The position numbers and the translations under genes were made by a program. From NCBI GenBank assembly GCA_951406725.2, contig OX597826.1, positions 78,678,001 to 78,742,000 on the forward strand: 64,000 nt of DNA, read 5' to 3'. The stretch is from Octopus vulgaris. Taxonomy: Eukaryota. Positions 38,159 through 51,330 of the stretch are shown one piece after another. Below the pieces are notes generated by a model. The model saw nothing but the letters and a program-made list of their open reading frames with translations. It was not told the DNA's origin and did not search any database. Each line of letters starts with the position of its first letter. Position 1 is the first letter of the stretch.

Positions 38159-38592
38159 TGCGCAGGAGTGGCTGTGTGGTAAGTAGCTTGCTTACGAACC
38201 ACATGGTTCCGGGTTCAGTCCCACTGCATGGCACCTTGGGCAAGTGTCTTCTACTATAGCCTCAGGCCGACCGAAGCCTTGTGAGTGGAGTTGGTAGGCG
38301 GAAACTGAAAGAAGCCCGTCGTATATATGTATAATATATATATGTATGTGTGTGTTTGTGTGTGTTTGTGTGTCTGTGTTTGTCTCCCTAACATTGCTTG
38401 ACAACCGATGCTGGTGTGTTTATGTGCCATGTCACTTAGCGGTTCGGCAAAAAGAGACCGATAGAATAAGTGCTGGGCTTACAAAGAATAAGTCCCGGGG
38501 TCGAGTTGCTCGACTAAAGGCGGTGCTCCAGCATGGCCGCAGTCAAATGACTGAAACAAGTAAAAGAGTAAAAGAGTAAAAGAATAAAAGAG
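38159..38592 (+). mobile_element. Family B (CORE-like) SINE, full length
   Basis: tRNA-like head, GGCACCTTGGGCAAGTG centre resembling the CORE domain, internal TA/TG tract, (GTAAAAGA)n tail. Confidence 0.9.
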
Positions 38593-40219
38593 AGAGTATG
38601 CGTGTCCTCGGACAGCTGGAAATGTAAGTCAAATCTCCCTCTCCAGATTCCATCCTTTTAGAAAGGTGGAAGACATTGGCTAATGTTGCCTTTGATGGAT
38701 ATTAAAAATATTACCACAAAATGCCACTTACAACATGACCACAACTTCTGAAATGGAAATAACTGGAACAACATTTGATATCGGAATATCCTTTCCCTAT
38801 CAGCTTGCAGAGGTGACACGTTCTATAAAATGCAGTCTGAGACAATTGCCTAAAGGAAAAATAAATTATGCTAAGATGCCACCATCGCTTGACATCCGAT
38901 GTTGGTGTGTTTACGTCCCCGTAACTTAGCGGTTCTGCAAAAGAAATCGATAGAATAAGTACTAATTTACAAAGAATAAGTTCTGGGGTCGGTTTGTTCG
39001 ACTAAAGGTGGTGCTCCAGCATGGCCGCAGTCCGACTTAAATGTATGATTTTTCTCATTTCAACTAAAATATCAACATATATATTTTTGATAACTGAAAT
39101 ACGCAGATGTGCTTCGTGATGACACCTTAGATTGTAATCCCGTCTATATACTATGGGAGCATATACATACATATGCGTGTGTGTATGTATGTATGTATGT
39201 GCATATAGACACATGTATACAAATATGCATATAAATATATGTATTATGTGTGCATGTGCGTGTCGAGAGAGACAGACAGATTGATAAAGAAAGAGAGAAG
39301 ACAAAACTAAACAGGAGAGATCGCTTATAAAGTATTGAGATACACCAGCCTACGCGTATTTCATTAACAAAGAATGGCTATTAGGTAGATAATGTAATTT
39401 GCATAATCAAACTGCATTATTGAATCTTAAGCGATGCGTATTTTCCATTTGCAATATTACAGGATTAGTGACATTGTAGCCATCATTGCCGGCAATGCTC
39501 ATACTATCACTAATCAGTAATAATATGAATGAAAGTTACACATCTCTGAAGATTTGACAATGCAAATCTATTAAACGACCCATATTATAAACCTAATAAT
39601 CATTCGTAATGAAAGCTGCGTAAGATGATGTAACTAACTATTAAATTTGCAACCTTTTCTGTTTTGCTTTGTTTTCTATATGTACCAATGTGACATACCC
39701 AAGTGCAGATTCCAGTCACATGTTACGTGAATTATAATACGATTCCTCACAGTTTCCCTTCATATATACAAGAAAAGTCATAGAGTTCTAAATATTGGTT
39801 ATTTATTTGTTGTGCAATTTAAATTTTAAACCGTACTGCATACGTGCGTGCGTACGTGCATGCGTGTGCATGTGCGTACGTGTGTGTGTGGTGTGTATGT
39901 GTGTGTATTTACTTATACATAGTGTATTCCTTAAGTGCAACTACGAGTCAATTTTAAGTGATTTACTCATGCTGTCTTCCTGATAACTAATTTTGGTTGA
40001 ACTAACCCTTGTGTATTAATAATTTAGCTGATCAAATAATTCAGGCGATTAGCTGAGATAATTAATAGTCGAACAAAATGGCAGCTCCCGGTTAAATCGA
40101 CTGAACAAAATGATTCCGTAAGTTCCCGCTAGATTAACCATAATAATAGTGATTATTATTATTATTATCACCATTATTATTACTATTATTATTAACATTA
40201 TTATTATTATTATTATTAT

Positions 40220-40266
<47 letters not shown>

Positions 40267-40794
40267 ATATTATTATTATTATCGATGTTGTTATTAAATT
40301 ATCACTAATTATTAACAAGAACAGATGACGCTAATGCTATAAATTTCTTGACAAAGATAAGGAGTAATGCGACATAACGTTTAGTAAAGAGAGGGACAGG
40401 ACCACATTGGCGGATGATTGTCTTGCTCAAGCACTCGACTGAAATTTATTTTATCGATACCAGATGGACGAAAGTATCGCTCGAGCTTGGCGAAATTCGA
40501 ACTCGGAACACAAAAAGATACGCATAGCATTTAATTTGTCACGCTACCTGTTCTGTATCAGTTCGGTGTTTTTTGAAACAAAATTGTACCTTCTTTTTTG
40601 GTGTTCTTCTTATAAAATAATATTATTTGGAATTTCAGCAGCAATCATAAGTTGGAATGATCAAATTGCTGTATAAATGAATCCACAATGGTATCTGAGA
40701 AAACTAGTGGCGGTTGGTCTCAGGAATTTTGGAGGACAAACAGTTCAAGGGTCTAAAGAAATGTTGTGTCAGGCATTTCTTACTTATTGGCTTT

Positions 40795-40980
40795 AAATTT
40801 TGGGTTGGGATTAGTCGACTACTTTGACGCCAGTACACAATAGGTACTCATTTTATCGACTTCGACAGGATGAAAGGTTAAATCGAACTCGGCGGAATTT
40901 TGAACTCAGACCGTAAAGACGGACGAAATGCCGCTAAGCATTTTGTCCGGCATGCTAACGATTCTGCCAGATCGCCGCCT
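40795..40980 (-). mobile_element. Family A SINE
   Basis: Core plus head ...GATTCTGCCAGATCGCCGCCT. Confidence 0.8.
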
Positions 40981-42153
40981 TTTTCTTGCTTATTACTGCA
41001 CTGTATTTAGCAGTGTAGTGATGAAGGATCACTATCTGGATTGTCATTAGTGTGGAAATTGACATTTTATAAATCAGTATTTAAACCGTTGGGGTTGGAT
41101 GTCGGATATTGGAGTCTATGGTAACGCGTTGTAATTCAGTCTCGTGTATAATAACAACGACAACGAGATCAACAACATCAAGATCAGAAACAACTTTGAC
41201 AACGACGCTAACAACAACAATAACAACGACTCGTCAAAGCAGCCTCTACACAATATTAACTAAACCTTTGTCCAAATCATGCCTTACTGTTGTAGAAAAT
41301 AACACTTTGGATAATATAGACCCTAGCTGACACTGTGCGTGAAAAAAGATGGGAAGGTCTCATCTTTAAACAGATGTGCTCCGTCAGATTTGACCAGGGG
41401 CTAAACAACATTAACTCACCATCAACGCAACAACAGCATTAACTAACATGGCGTTAAAGTAAATTTGACAAATGTCAAGATAAAATAAACAGCTTCATGA
41501 TTAATTCCAAAGTATTAAATGTGTGAAGATGTTTCAAATTATTTTAGTTTGAAATCAATAAATCGAAATGGGAAGCCGTAGATACGCCACGGCAGCAGAT
41601 ACAACTCCTGCGTCTTCCGTCTCTCCCTTGTCATTAACCAATTCCATGTTTTCCATCATTTTCCTCCCTCGCCATTCCTTCATATCTCTCAACCGCCTCC
41701 TTTGTGATGTTCTTATTATATCTCTTTCACCGAGGCCCGTCCATGCATGACCATATTCACGAGAAACGGGGAATATCAACATGTCTGTTTATATGAACAA
41801 ACCACTTCATTTTCTGTCTTTTACAATTAAACAAGAATTTCATGGGTTTATTTGTGTCTTCTTTTTTTTTATTCTTTTTCTTGCCAGTCTGGAAGAAGGG
41901 GCAGTACTTGTGGCCTTTGCTGGCCCTCTTGTGGTTCACAACCCTCTCGTATGTTTAAAATAGATTCTGAAAATATTAGAAGCGACAGCAGAGAAAAGGA
42001 ATCCGTTTAATTATAAACAAAAACGATTGGATATAAAACGAAGAGGAAATCAGTCTCCTTCAAGGTGCAGCAAAACGGTTGTTGTGAGACAATTCTCACA
42101 TCAGTGTCTTTCAACAGAAGGGCCACGGGTTCGAGTGTAGCAAGAATCAACTT

Positions 42154-42243
<90 letters not shown>

Positions 42244-42245
<2 letters not shown>

Positions 42246-42668
42246 GTACAGGCGTGGCTGTGTGTTAAGAAGCTTGCCTCCTAACCACATGGTTTCGGGT
42301 TCAGTCCCACTGCGTGGCACCTTGGGCAAGTGTTTTCCACTATACCCTCGGGCCGACCGAAGCCGCGTGAGTGGATTTGGTAGAAAAAACTGGAAGAAGC
42401 CGATTGTATATATGTATATATATATATGTATATATATATTTGTGTGTGTGTGTGCGTGTTTGCCCCACCCCCTCCACCATCGCTTTATAACCGATGCTGG
42501 TGTGTTTATGTCCCCATAACTTAGCGGTGAGGCAAAAGATCCCGATAGAATAAGTACGAGGCTTGCAAAGAATAAGTTCTGTGGTCGATTTCTTCGACTA
42601 AAACCCTTTAAGGCGGTGCTTCAGCATGGCTGCAGTCAAATGACTGAAACAAGTAAAAGAATAAAAGA
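42244..42668 (+). mobile_element. Family B SINE, full length
   Basis: Collinear with 38159-38592. Confidence 0.85.
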
Positions 42669-42669
42669 A

Positions 42670-42751
<82 letters not shown>

Positions 42752-43017
42752 AACACACACACATATATATATATATATATACATACACACATTATATATA
42801 AACACACACACACACACATATATATATATACACTGCTTGCTGCACTTATGAGGTGTAGCTAACGATTGTATTGCGTAACATCATGTATTACCGAACACTG
42901 AAACATATGTGACATGAAATAAAGGAATACCAAATCGAAGCCGATGTTCCTTTCTATCATCACACACACACACACAAACACACACATATATATGTATACG
43001 CATGTGTATGTATATAT

Positions 43018-43057
<40 letters not shown>

Positions 43058-43183
43058 TGTGTGTGTGTGTTACATGTGCTGTGACACATAATGGCCAGGT
43101 TTTCTCAAAGATTCAGAAAGTTGAAGGCTAGAGACACATCATTTACTAATGGGTGTCGTCTTCTTTACAAGATCTCTTTCTCT

Positions 43184-43216
<33 letters not shown>

Positions 43217-43639
43217 CTGACTTTCACTTTTGCCAAAGATTTTCTTTTTCTTCATCTTTAATTCCAAAATTATAATGTATATAATTATATCTTCACATAT
43301 TTCAGTCTGGCTGTTAAAAGGGCGACTTGTAATCTAAAGTGACGAGACAAAACCAACGCAACAGAATATAATTATTTTTTCTTTTTACTCTAATTAGATC
43401 CGACATCAACAACAGTGCAAGCTGATGTCTTATGTATTTTATCTTTTCTTGTCAAATATATTCAGAAACCATTTAATACTGTTTTTGCTGAAACTTCCAC
43501 TAAAAGCCTAACTCAATATATACACACCGCACATGTTTAATTAAATCCACGTATATTAAAGTAGATTTGTTAGAACAGTTTATACACTGTGTAGCGTCTC
43601 TTTTGCGTAGAATCTTCAGCAGATTCTAAGTTGTATATA

Positions 43640-43675
<36 letters not shown>

Positions 43676-44394
43676 TGTATTAATCTTGCAGAAACACAGA
43701 AATGGATGATTACATTCAGAAAATTAATAAAACAAGTTATATTTAGTTGAATTAGCATTTAGATACCCTCTTCCCGATGGTTATTCTGTCAGATGTTCTT
43801 TGCTGTAAATAACAAGTGCAATATTAGGCAAACTATCTCTGGTGCCACCAGGATCTTTTGGCTGTTAGAGATATAGACTTGAGACGGGTTTATAACAAAA
43901 GAAGCGGAGATGTTCACAAGTGGAGAGCCTTTCTTAACATAAATATTTCAATTGGATAAAAATGTTTATGGAGTTCAAATCCTGTCGAGGTGACCTTCGC
44001 CCTTCATTCTTTCGGGATCGAGGAAATAAAATACCAGTCATATACTGGGACCGATGGAATCGACTAAACATCTTCCCCAGAATTTGTACTTTCTGCCTAT
44101 GCTAGAAACTTATGAGTTTTCTCTGCCAGACTTTGCCTAAAGATAGTCAAAGCGACATAAACACTGAAAATAGCAGCGAAGAAATAACAAAACTCTGATC
44201 CGATCACAGAACCTGCTAAAAATAACAGCAAAACATTGAAAAATGTAGTCACGGTTGGCAGGCCGTCAGTCAGTTCGATGTCACTTGAGGAGAGTAACAA
44301 GAATTGCTAGCAATGACATTACTACTAACCATACAGTCTCTAATGCTGCGACCACATTTTCTACGTGATATTTACTACATCATATTTAGTCTAG

Positions 44395-44439
44395 TCTAGG
44401 CCGACGAAGGTCAATCATCCTGAAACACGTGTCCCTAGA
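44395..44439 (+). ncRNA. Minimal type I hammerhead-like motif, CCGACGA core variant
   Basis: tctagg-CCGACGA-agg-tcaatcat-cct-GAAAC-acgt-GTC-cctaga: perfect 6-bp stem I, 3-bp stem II, stem III palindrome ACACGTGT, GUC triplet. Confidence 0.7.
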
Positions 44440-45168
44440 TGCAGCCCGGGCGGCTGGGAGTATTTGTCTCCCCTTCGTAAATGTATATAAGGACACAGGA
44501 AAAATGTGTTAAAGCCATCAGGAGGCGTCGATGCTTCCTAGGGCTAAACAGCGGTGGTGTACCCCCCTACTGTCACGTTCGTGTTAGATTGACAGTATAC
44601 AACCATTCTATTTAGTTCCGTTAACCATTATTTCGAAACTGGTCTCACTTGTGCTCGATCCTGCAGTCACAGAACTATCCCCAAAGCCGTCTTTACTATC
44701 ACATCCACGATGCCACAACATCAGCCATTACCATTTCCCTCTGCGACTATGAATGGTGCAATTGTACTCGGCACAAAGACCAAGATGAAGTCTATCAATC
44801 ACCACTATCGAACCATATTCATCGATCACAATGAAACGAGGTTGTCTAAGCAGCTACGTTAACGACAGCAGCAACAATAACAATCCTTCCGCAACAATAA
44901 CAGCAGCCCTCCCCCCGTATGGTAGACTGGGAGCCTGTTAGACTTTCAGTCCACCATATTTTAACAACGACCACCACAGCATCTTCACCAACAGCAGCAA
45001 CGAAACCAACAACAACAACAACAACATCAATGAAATCGGCAACAGCAGCAGCAGCACCAACAACAACAGCAACAACAACGACGACGACGATGATATTAGC
45101 GAAATCGACGACAACCACTTCTACTACTACTACTACTACTACTACTACTGCTACTAGTACTACTGCTG

Positions 45169-45215
<47 letters not shown>

Positions 45216-45222
45216 GCTGCTG

Positions 45223-45313
<91 letters not shown>

Positions 45314-45971
45314 AACAACAACACTGGCCACAGCAGCTGCAACAACAACAGCAACAATAGAGAAACATTAATAGTCCGCCAATACGTCAACATTCAAATT
45401 TTAATGCCATTTGCCATTTTCTTTTCCTGTGATTATTTATTTTTCTTGCATTGTTCTTTGTTTTTAATTATTTTATTCTTCTTTTCTATTATTGCTTTAT
45501 TTTTCTTCATTGCTGTTGTTGTTGCAGTTGTTGCAGTTGTCGTTGTTGTTGTTGTTGTTGTTGTTATTTTATTTCATATCACTAATTGCAGTTTTCAGTA
45601 ATTTATTACAATGGATGTCACTGCGGCTCACGATTCCATACTTGCTTCTGTTACTGAGCATTGTGCATTGTTGTTGTTGTTGGTGGTGGTGTTGTTGTGG
45701 CGGTGGCACAGGCGGCGGTGATGCCGGTGGTAATGGCGGCGTTGTCGGTGATGGTTTGTTTTTGTTTTTTGGGGGGGTTTTTTAGCGCCAGGCAAACATT
45801 GATCGACTGGACCCGTGTCGAAAGGTATTCCAGCAGTGATCATTCCACCGTGTTTATTCCTATGCGGAGAAATCACTGGAACATATTATCTAACGATGAT
45901 ATAATGCTGATTTATGACGATGATGATGATGATGATGATGACTATTATTATCATTATTGTTATTGTATTAC

Positions 45972-46082
45972 TTTTTTTTTCTTCTTTCAAATTTGCTTCC
46001 ATTTCTTGCCGAGTGTCTTCCCGACTCCTAGGGCAAAGAAACTCATAGTATACATTGGTAGGCCATTAAACCAAACTCAGTA
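45972..46082 (-). mobile_element. Dong-like 3' UTR stub in ATT-rich sequence
   Basis: Reverse complement resembles CTCTGCCCTAGG...ACACTCGGCRAGAAAYGGAAG at 52665-52710. Confidence 0.7.
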
Positions 46083-46131
46083 GTTCGTTCATTTTTTTTT
46101 TTTTTTTTTTTAAATACATGAGCAGCAATTA

Positions 46132-46177
<46 letters not shown>

Positions 46178-46264
46178 GGAAGAGGAGAAGCGGTGTAGAG
46201 GAAAACATTTGGATATTTACCATCCTGCGGAAGATTTCAGGCTGAGTGCCTATAGTAGAAAGTG

Positions 46265-46347
<83 letters not shown>

Positions 46348-46357
46348 TGTTGTTGTT

Positions 46358-46414
<57 letters not shown>

Positions 46415-46459
46415 AGGCGGCGAGCTGGCAGAATCGTTAGCGCATAGAACACGAATTCT

Positions 46460-47335
46460 ATAGCCGCCATTCTGATGATAGACCTCCGCCTATAGACTCC
46501 CAGCATTTTGTAGGCCCTGCAGAAGGGATATCCTGCAAACCGCTCTTCATTCTACCATAACAGGATTCTATCTTGCTTGCCGCCCGTTGTTTCGAAATAA
46601 TCTCACCAACTCAGTATATTTCTTTCTCTTCCTGTCATTTGCGCACTATTTGCGATTCTCCTTGGAAATGGAGAGCACAAACAGAACAACCTGCTTGGAA
46701 ACTTCTGAGCGCAGCACATGTTTGGGCTTATCGATTTTGGCACAACTTCTGGGTCTTTCAGCTCCCTCTCTTGTGCTGTTGCTAGTTTGCCCGTGGAAGT
46801 GAACCTGCCACCTGGTGTTATCTTCACATCACCATTGACAAAACAAAGGCCTTTTCATTTGGGTGGAGTTGCCTGCAGCAGATGATATCTACTATAACCT
46901 CAGGACCTGGTTATACGTCCAGTAGTAGCTCATACCCTGCCCTCAGAGGTTTTGAACAGCAACCAAAGATGTATTTCAAGACCCTCTCCTAAGTTATGGT
47001 TTTGAAGCCTTTGTGCTAAGTTTGTGACTCCATCGTTACCCAGCAGAACAATTTAGGTGGACTCAGTAGGACGTCGTAACCGGCGTCAACCTGCTATTCA
47101 GCCGATGGTGGGACTCCGTTCTGAAAAGCACAGGCCGTGAGTTTTTAAACAGAATCCCTGGAACAGCATCCAGACACTCTTGCTGCCGTCCTCCTTAATC
47201 GATGCTTGCACTTCTTTCCGAATCAATCACCTCCTGTCTTTTTTTTCCAGCCACGTCGTAGCGAACGGCTGTGAGGCTACTGAGGCCAGCTCTTCAGTGG
47301 AGTACAACGCTCACTAGCATGTGTTCGAGCCTGCA
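46460..47335 (-). pseudogene. HERO-like RLE non-LTR retrotransposon, C-terminal fragment
   Basis: Ordered blocks RAGLSS...RYD...LIRKEVQAS / YDVLLSPPKLFCW / YIFGCCSKPL..YYWTYNQVL / KQVVLFVLSI...ANDRKRKKYTELV...GFAG..CRAYKMLG match the HERO order RAGLG / YDVLPSP.NL..W / RWRHDQVL / ERKRAKY / RGFAG. Confidence 0.8.
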
Positions 47336-47340
47336 CACAG

Positions 47341-47408
<68 letters not shown>

Positions 47409-47589
47409 TTTTTTATTTTTTATTTTTTTATTTTTTTATTTATCTATTCTTTCATCTAACTTACCACTGACTCCTTGACCACTCCCCCAAGTATGATATT
47501 TTGCGCTATGCCTACCCCCAAAAAGTCCCCCACCACCACTCCTTTAAACCTGCCTAAATGTATAAATGCTAATACAATTCTTGTTAAAT

Positions 47590-47640
47590 AGCTTCCTGAA
47601 GATTTCTCTTGAATGAAACAGTACTAGTCCTGTAGAAGCT
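47590..47640 (+). ncRNA. Type I hammerhead ribozyme motif, canonical core
   Basis: agcttc-CTGAAGA-t-ttc-tctt-gaa-t-GAAAC-ag-tactagtc-ct-GTA-gaagct: perfect 6-bp stem I, 4-bp stem III; host segment (about 47455-47727) ends in (TA)n. Confidence 0.8.
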
Positions 47641-48002
47641 CCTTCTATATAATAAATTAATTTTACTCTGCTATGTATTGAGTACCTTACTTACTGTGGT
47701 TAACCCCGAATCAACCCGGGACCTACATATATATATATATATATATATATGTTTGCGTGTGTGTATGTGTGTGTGTATGCAGTTATATATAAACACAATT
47801 TAACATTAACCTGAAGAATTACACAATATTTTTAAGAGTGCATGTTTATTAAACATTTACAAGAAGAGAGGTGATAGTGACCTCGAAGTTACGGCCTCCC
47901 AGCTTTCGTCAGGCAATAATAACGCATGCGTACATACATACATAAATACATACATACATACACATATTCGTACGTACATACATACATACATATATACATA
48001 TA

Positions 48003-48399
48003 TCTTTATATATAAAAGAGAGGTTGTGTGTCTGTCTCCTACGATTTAGATTCCTAACTACTCCCACATTTTGCGGTGCAGTTTAACCAAAACCGGGTAT
48101 CTTATAGTCGTGATTCATATCGAGCCCTTCTGGGTATTAGCGCGCGTCTACGATGAGTCTACGATTTTTAAAAAACTTACCATCATTTTTTCCATTTTAA
48201 TGCCTTTTTTCGCTATTATATAAGGGAAGTAACTCTCTAAAAATGTCTACGATGAGTCAACGATTTAAAAAAAAATTTACCATCATCTTTTTTTCCATTT
48301 TTAATGCATTTTTTTGCTATTTTTTGGCTATAACTCTCTAAAAATGCTTATATAGTTATTTCCCTTACAAACCCGAGCAACGCCGGGCGATACTGCTAG
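48003..48399 (+). mobile_element. Non-autonomous Helitron-like element with internal ~100-bp tandem repeat
   Basis: A|TCTTTATATATAAAAG start; CCCGAGCAACGCCGGG hairpin then CTGCTAG|T end; GTCTACGATGAGTC.ACGATTT occurs twice. Confidence 0.75.
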
Positions 48400-48659
48400 T
48401 ATATATATATATATAGCTTGAAGAATTGTATATAAATATATTTGTCAATCAATCATATTTTGATTTTTTCTTATTTTACTTTTGTATTCTTACAAATTTA
48501 CAAATACTTTGATGCTTTATAAGAACCTTCGAGTAAATACTTACGGCGTGAGGCAACAAACGTAGTTTCCGTTCAGAACAGATTTTTTTTTTACGATGAA
48601 CCAATGTAAATCATCTCATTTCAAGACAAAATACGAAGCTATCGAAAGCCAAATTCTCG

Positions 48660-51330
48660 ATAAAACATCAAAACTGAATACCGAGAACATAGCTGAGTAA
48701 ATGTGAGAAATGGGGATAAGGGATATTTGAAAAGCGGAATACTAATCTGGGATTTACGACAACGAAAACAATCCTTTCTCGCTGAATAAGCTGTAAATTA
48801 CGGAAAATGCTTTCAACCACCATGAAATATAAGGAAGTACCCCAATCAAAGAAACCTGCACCAAAACGGATGGCAATAAAAACCAGTCGTGGAACCAACA
48901 GCAAACTGCGATAAAAACGTTTCATTATCACAAAATATGAGGAAACATAAAATTCACATAACATACACGAAATGTGTAATTAACAAAAAAAAAACAGATC
49001 TAAAAGCACATCGCAAAATTAAAAATGAAAACCCAGGGGAGAAAATAATCAGAAGGAGATCCTTTTTCAAGATCTCGACAAAGATCAATTGTAGGAAACT
49101 GGGTGAAAAGCCATTCTAGACCCAGAAATAAATTCAGATTAATTCCCAAGTAGTTAGACATGGTTTTGAAAATAATGTACTCAATATCAGAAACAGGACA
49201 GGGAAAGCAAAACGAGATCAAACGACCAAAATACGTAGTTCATCAAACAAACGTCAACAACAATAAAAATAAGAAAGAAGACACCGGAGAAGAGAAGAAT
49301 CTAGAGTTTCGAAACCATTTGAAAGGATGGACTCTTAATTTATTGATTTATGAAACGGAATTCAGATAATGATCAATTTCGACTTTCGGAGAAAGGACTA
49401 AAATTTACGCCACCGCCAACAATCGACTATTAAGAAAAAATTCTGTCAGAAATTACAACTGTTTGAGTTTTTTATCGATGGAAATAGTGAGACTGGTGAA
49501 TCCCTGATAAAGACCATATCAAATTTCACGCAACTAAAAATAAGAAACACCCGTATATACCAGAACATTGATATCCTTTCTAAATTCCCACTCAAGTATG
49601 ATGCTGGTGTCAAACTAAATCTTACCAAATGAAAGAGGTCTGCAATTAAAAGTCTCCAATAGTTATCAAACCAGCAGATAATGGTGGTGGTATTGTTATA
49701 ATGGATTGAGATCTTGCTGAAGACCGGTTGAAGGATGGAACCTTTTACTGTGAAATTCTTACAAATATAGATCACTGCATTAGGAAGTAGTTCAGTTCTC
49801 TGGTTCCAAAACATCTTACCACGAATGAAAGTTACTGTATTACCAATGCTGAACTAAAACCCTTACCAAAAATACACACGTGGAAGCGAATGTAAAATGC
49901 AGTAAAGAAAGAAGGCAGTGAATACATAAAATTACTACAATGAAAAGATCTAAAAATTAGACCAATAAATTAGCTGGTTCGCATCTCCTTCTCATCATCT
50001 AAGCAATTTTGCTGACATCATTTTGAAACCACTATGCACCCTGAATTTCGCTCGAGATGACATTGATTTCTTGTCTCATCTACCCCCAAAACAACGGAAC
50101 CGAATTCGTTGTTGATTAGTTGTGAGGTAAGTAGTCCCTACATAAACAGCCCACACGGTTTAGGATTAACAGTAATCAAATATTGGAGCAAAAAATCATA
50201 GAGAGGGGATTCCCAGGATATTCACCATAGATTTTATACAGGACACCGTCAGCCTTCAGCTTGAGAATTACACATTATTTTCCGATGGAAAAAATTATCT
50301 TCAGATTAGATGCTCCGCCTGTAAATGCAAACTCAGTATTAGCATAATTAAAAGAATAACTTTAGAAAGGCTAGAGGAAAACTTTGGCACTGATTTTAGA
50401 AGAGAGTGAGAGAGAACGCATGGATAAGATGTCTTGGCAATTGTTTCCTAATTTGGACGAAATCTGTTGATATTTCAGAAGACTTCGGTGTCCATCTGAA
50501 AAAATATGAATCCAATCCTGGCATTCCTAGAGGAGATGAGTAATACAAGTTTACCGTTTCTCGATGTAACGGTAGTTAAAATTGAATACCAGCATCTCAG
50601 CGGACATATCTTATAATGACAAAGATGCACATCAGTATATGAAATTCAAATCATGCAAAGCATGACACGCCATGCTGCCTTGCCAAGAAAAGTTGTTTTG
50701 TTGATGTAAATACGAGAGACAAATAACTCACAGAACTCAACATCCCAATTATAGAAATGACATGCAGCATGCAAAACAAATACCTATAGACTGACTTAAA
50801 GCAGCACAAGAAAGAGCTGTACTCGACCAGAATATTATACCTTTTATAATGACACACAGTTCATGTCATCAAGATATTTTCAGCATTGACAGATCCAACT
50901 TATCTATTATTAGATGAAGTAACGAATGGAAATCTTCAATTGTTGGTCGAGCACTTTTCAAAGCAGAACTTGAAGCAATTGTAGACAGAGGCAAAATCTA
51001 ATTTAAACAACAATGATGAAATGGTCTTGGTATCCAAATCCAAAGTCAATCATTGCGGTATAATCCATTCCACTGCACCAAATGCCTGAATTGCAAAAAG
51101 TATATATTATCAGACATATTACCTCGTTAATGGAGTGCATACGAATACACCGGCAACAAATTAGGGGCTCTAATGTCCGTCAGACCCCATTAAGCAGTCA
51201 TTTAGTAACATGCGATAATAAAATGTTTTAATGTTTCTATTTTACAAACTTTACAACTCAAATGAAGTCGGAAGAAGCGTAAAGGAAGAATTTTATTAAG
51301 TTCAAATCCGTTCTTAATGGACATTATTAG
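48660..51330 (+). pseudogene. Decayed Penelope-like element (RT plus GIY-YIG endonuclease)
   Basis: Ordered motifs across frameshifts: EKGLKFTPPP, IKPADNGGGIVIMD, LPKIH, LSNFADIILKPL, LPFLDVTV, DAHQYMKFKSC, IHRQQIR...RQTPLSSHLVTC, FIKFKSVLN. The start position is approximate. Confidence 0.85.

Noticed and set aside
44846-45371. Thr/Ala-rich mucin-like ORF (also 62385-63027)
   Set aside because: Trinucleotide repeat translation; no signal peptide or non-repetitive domain.
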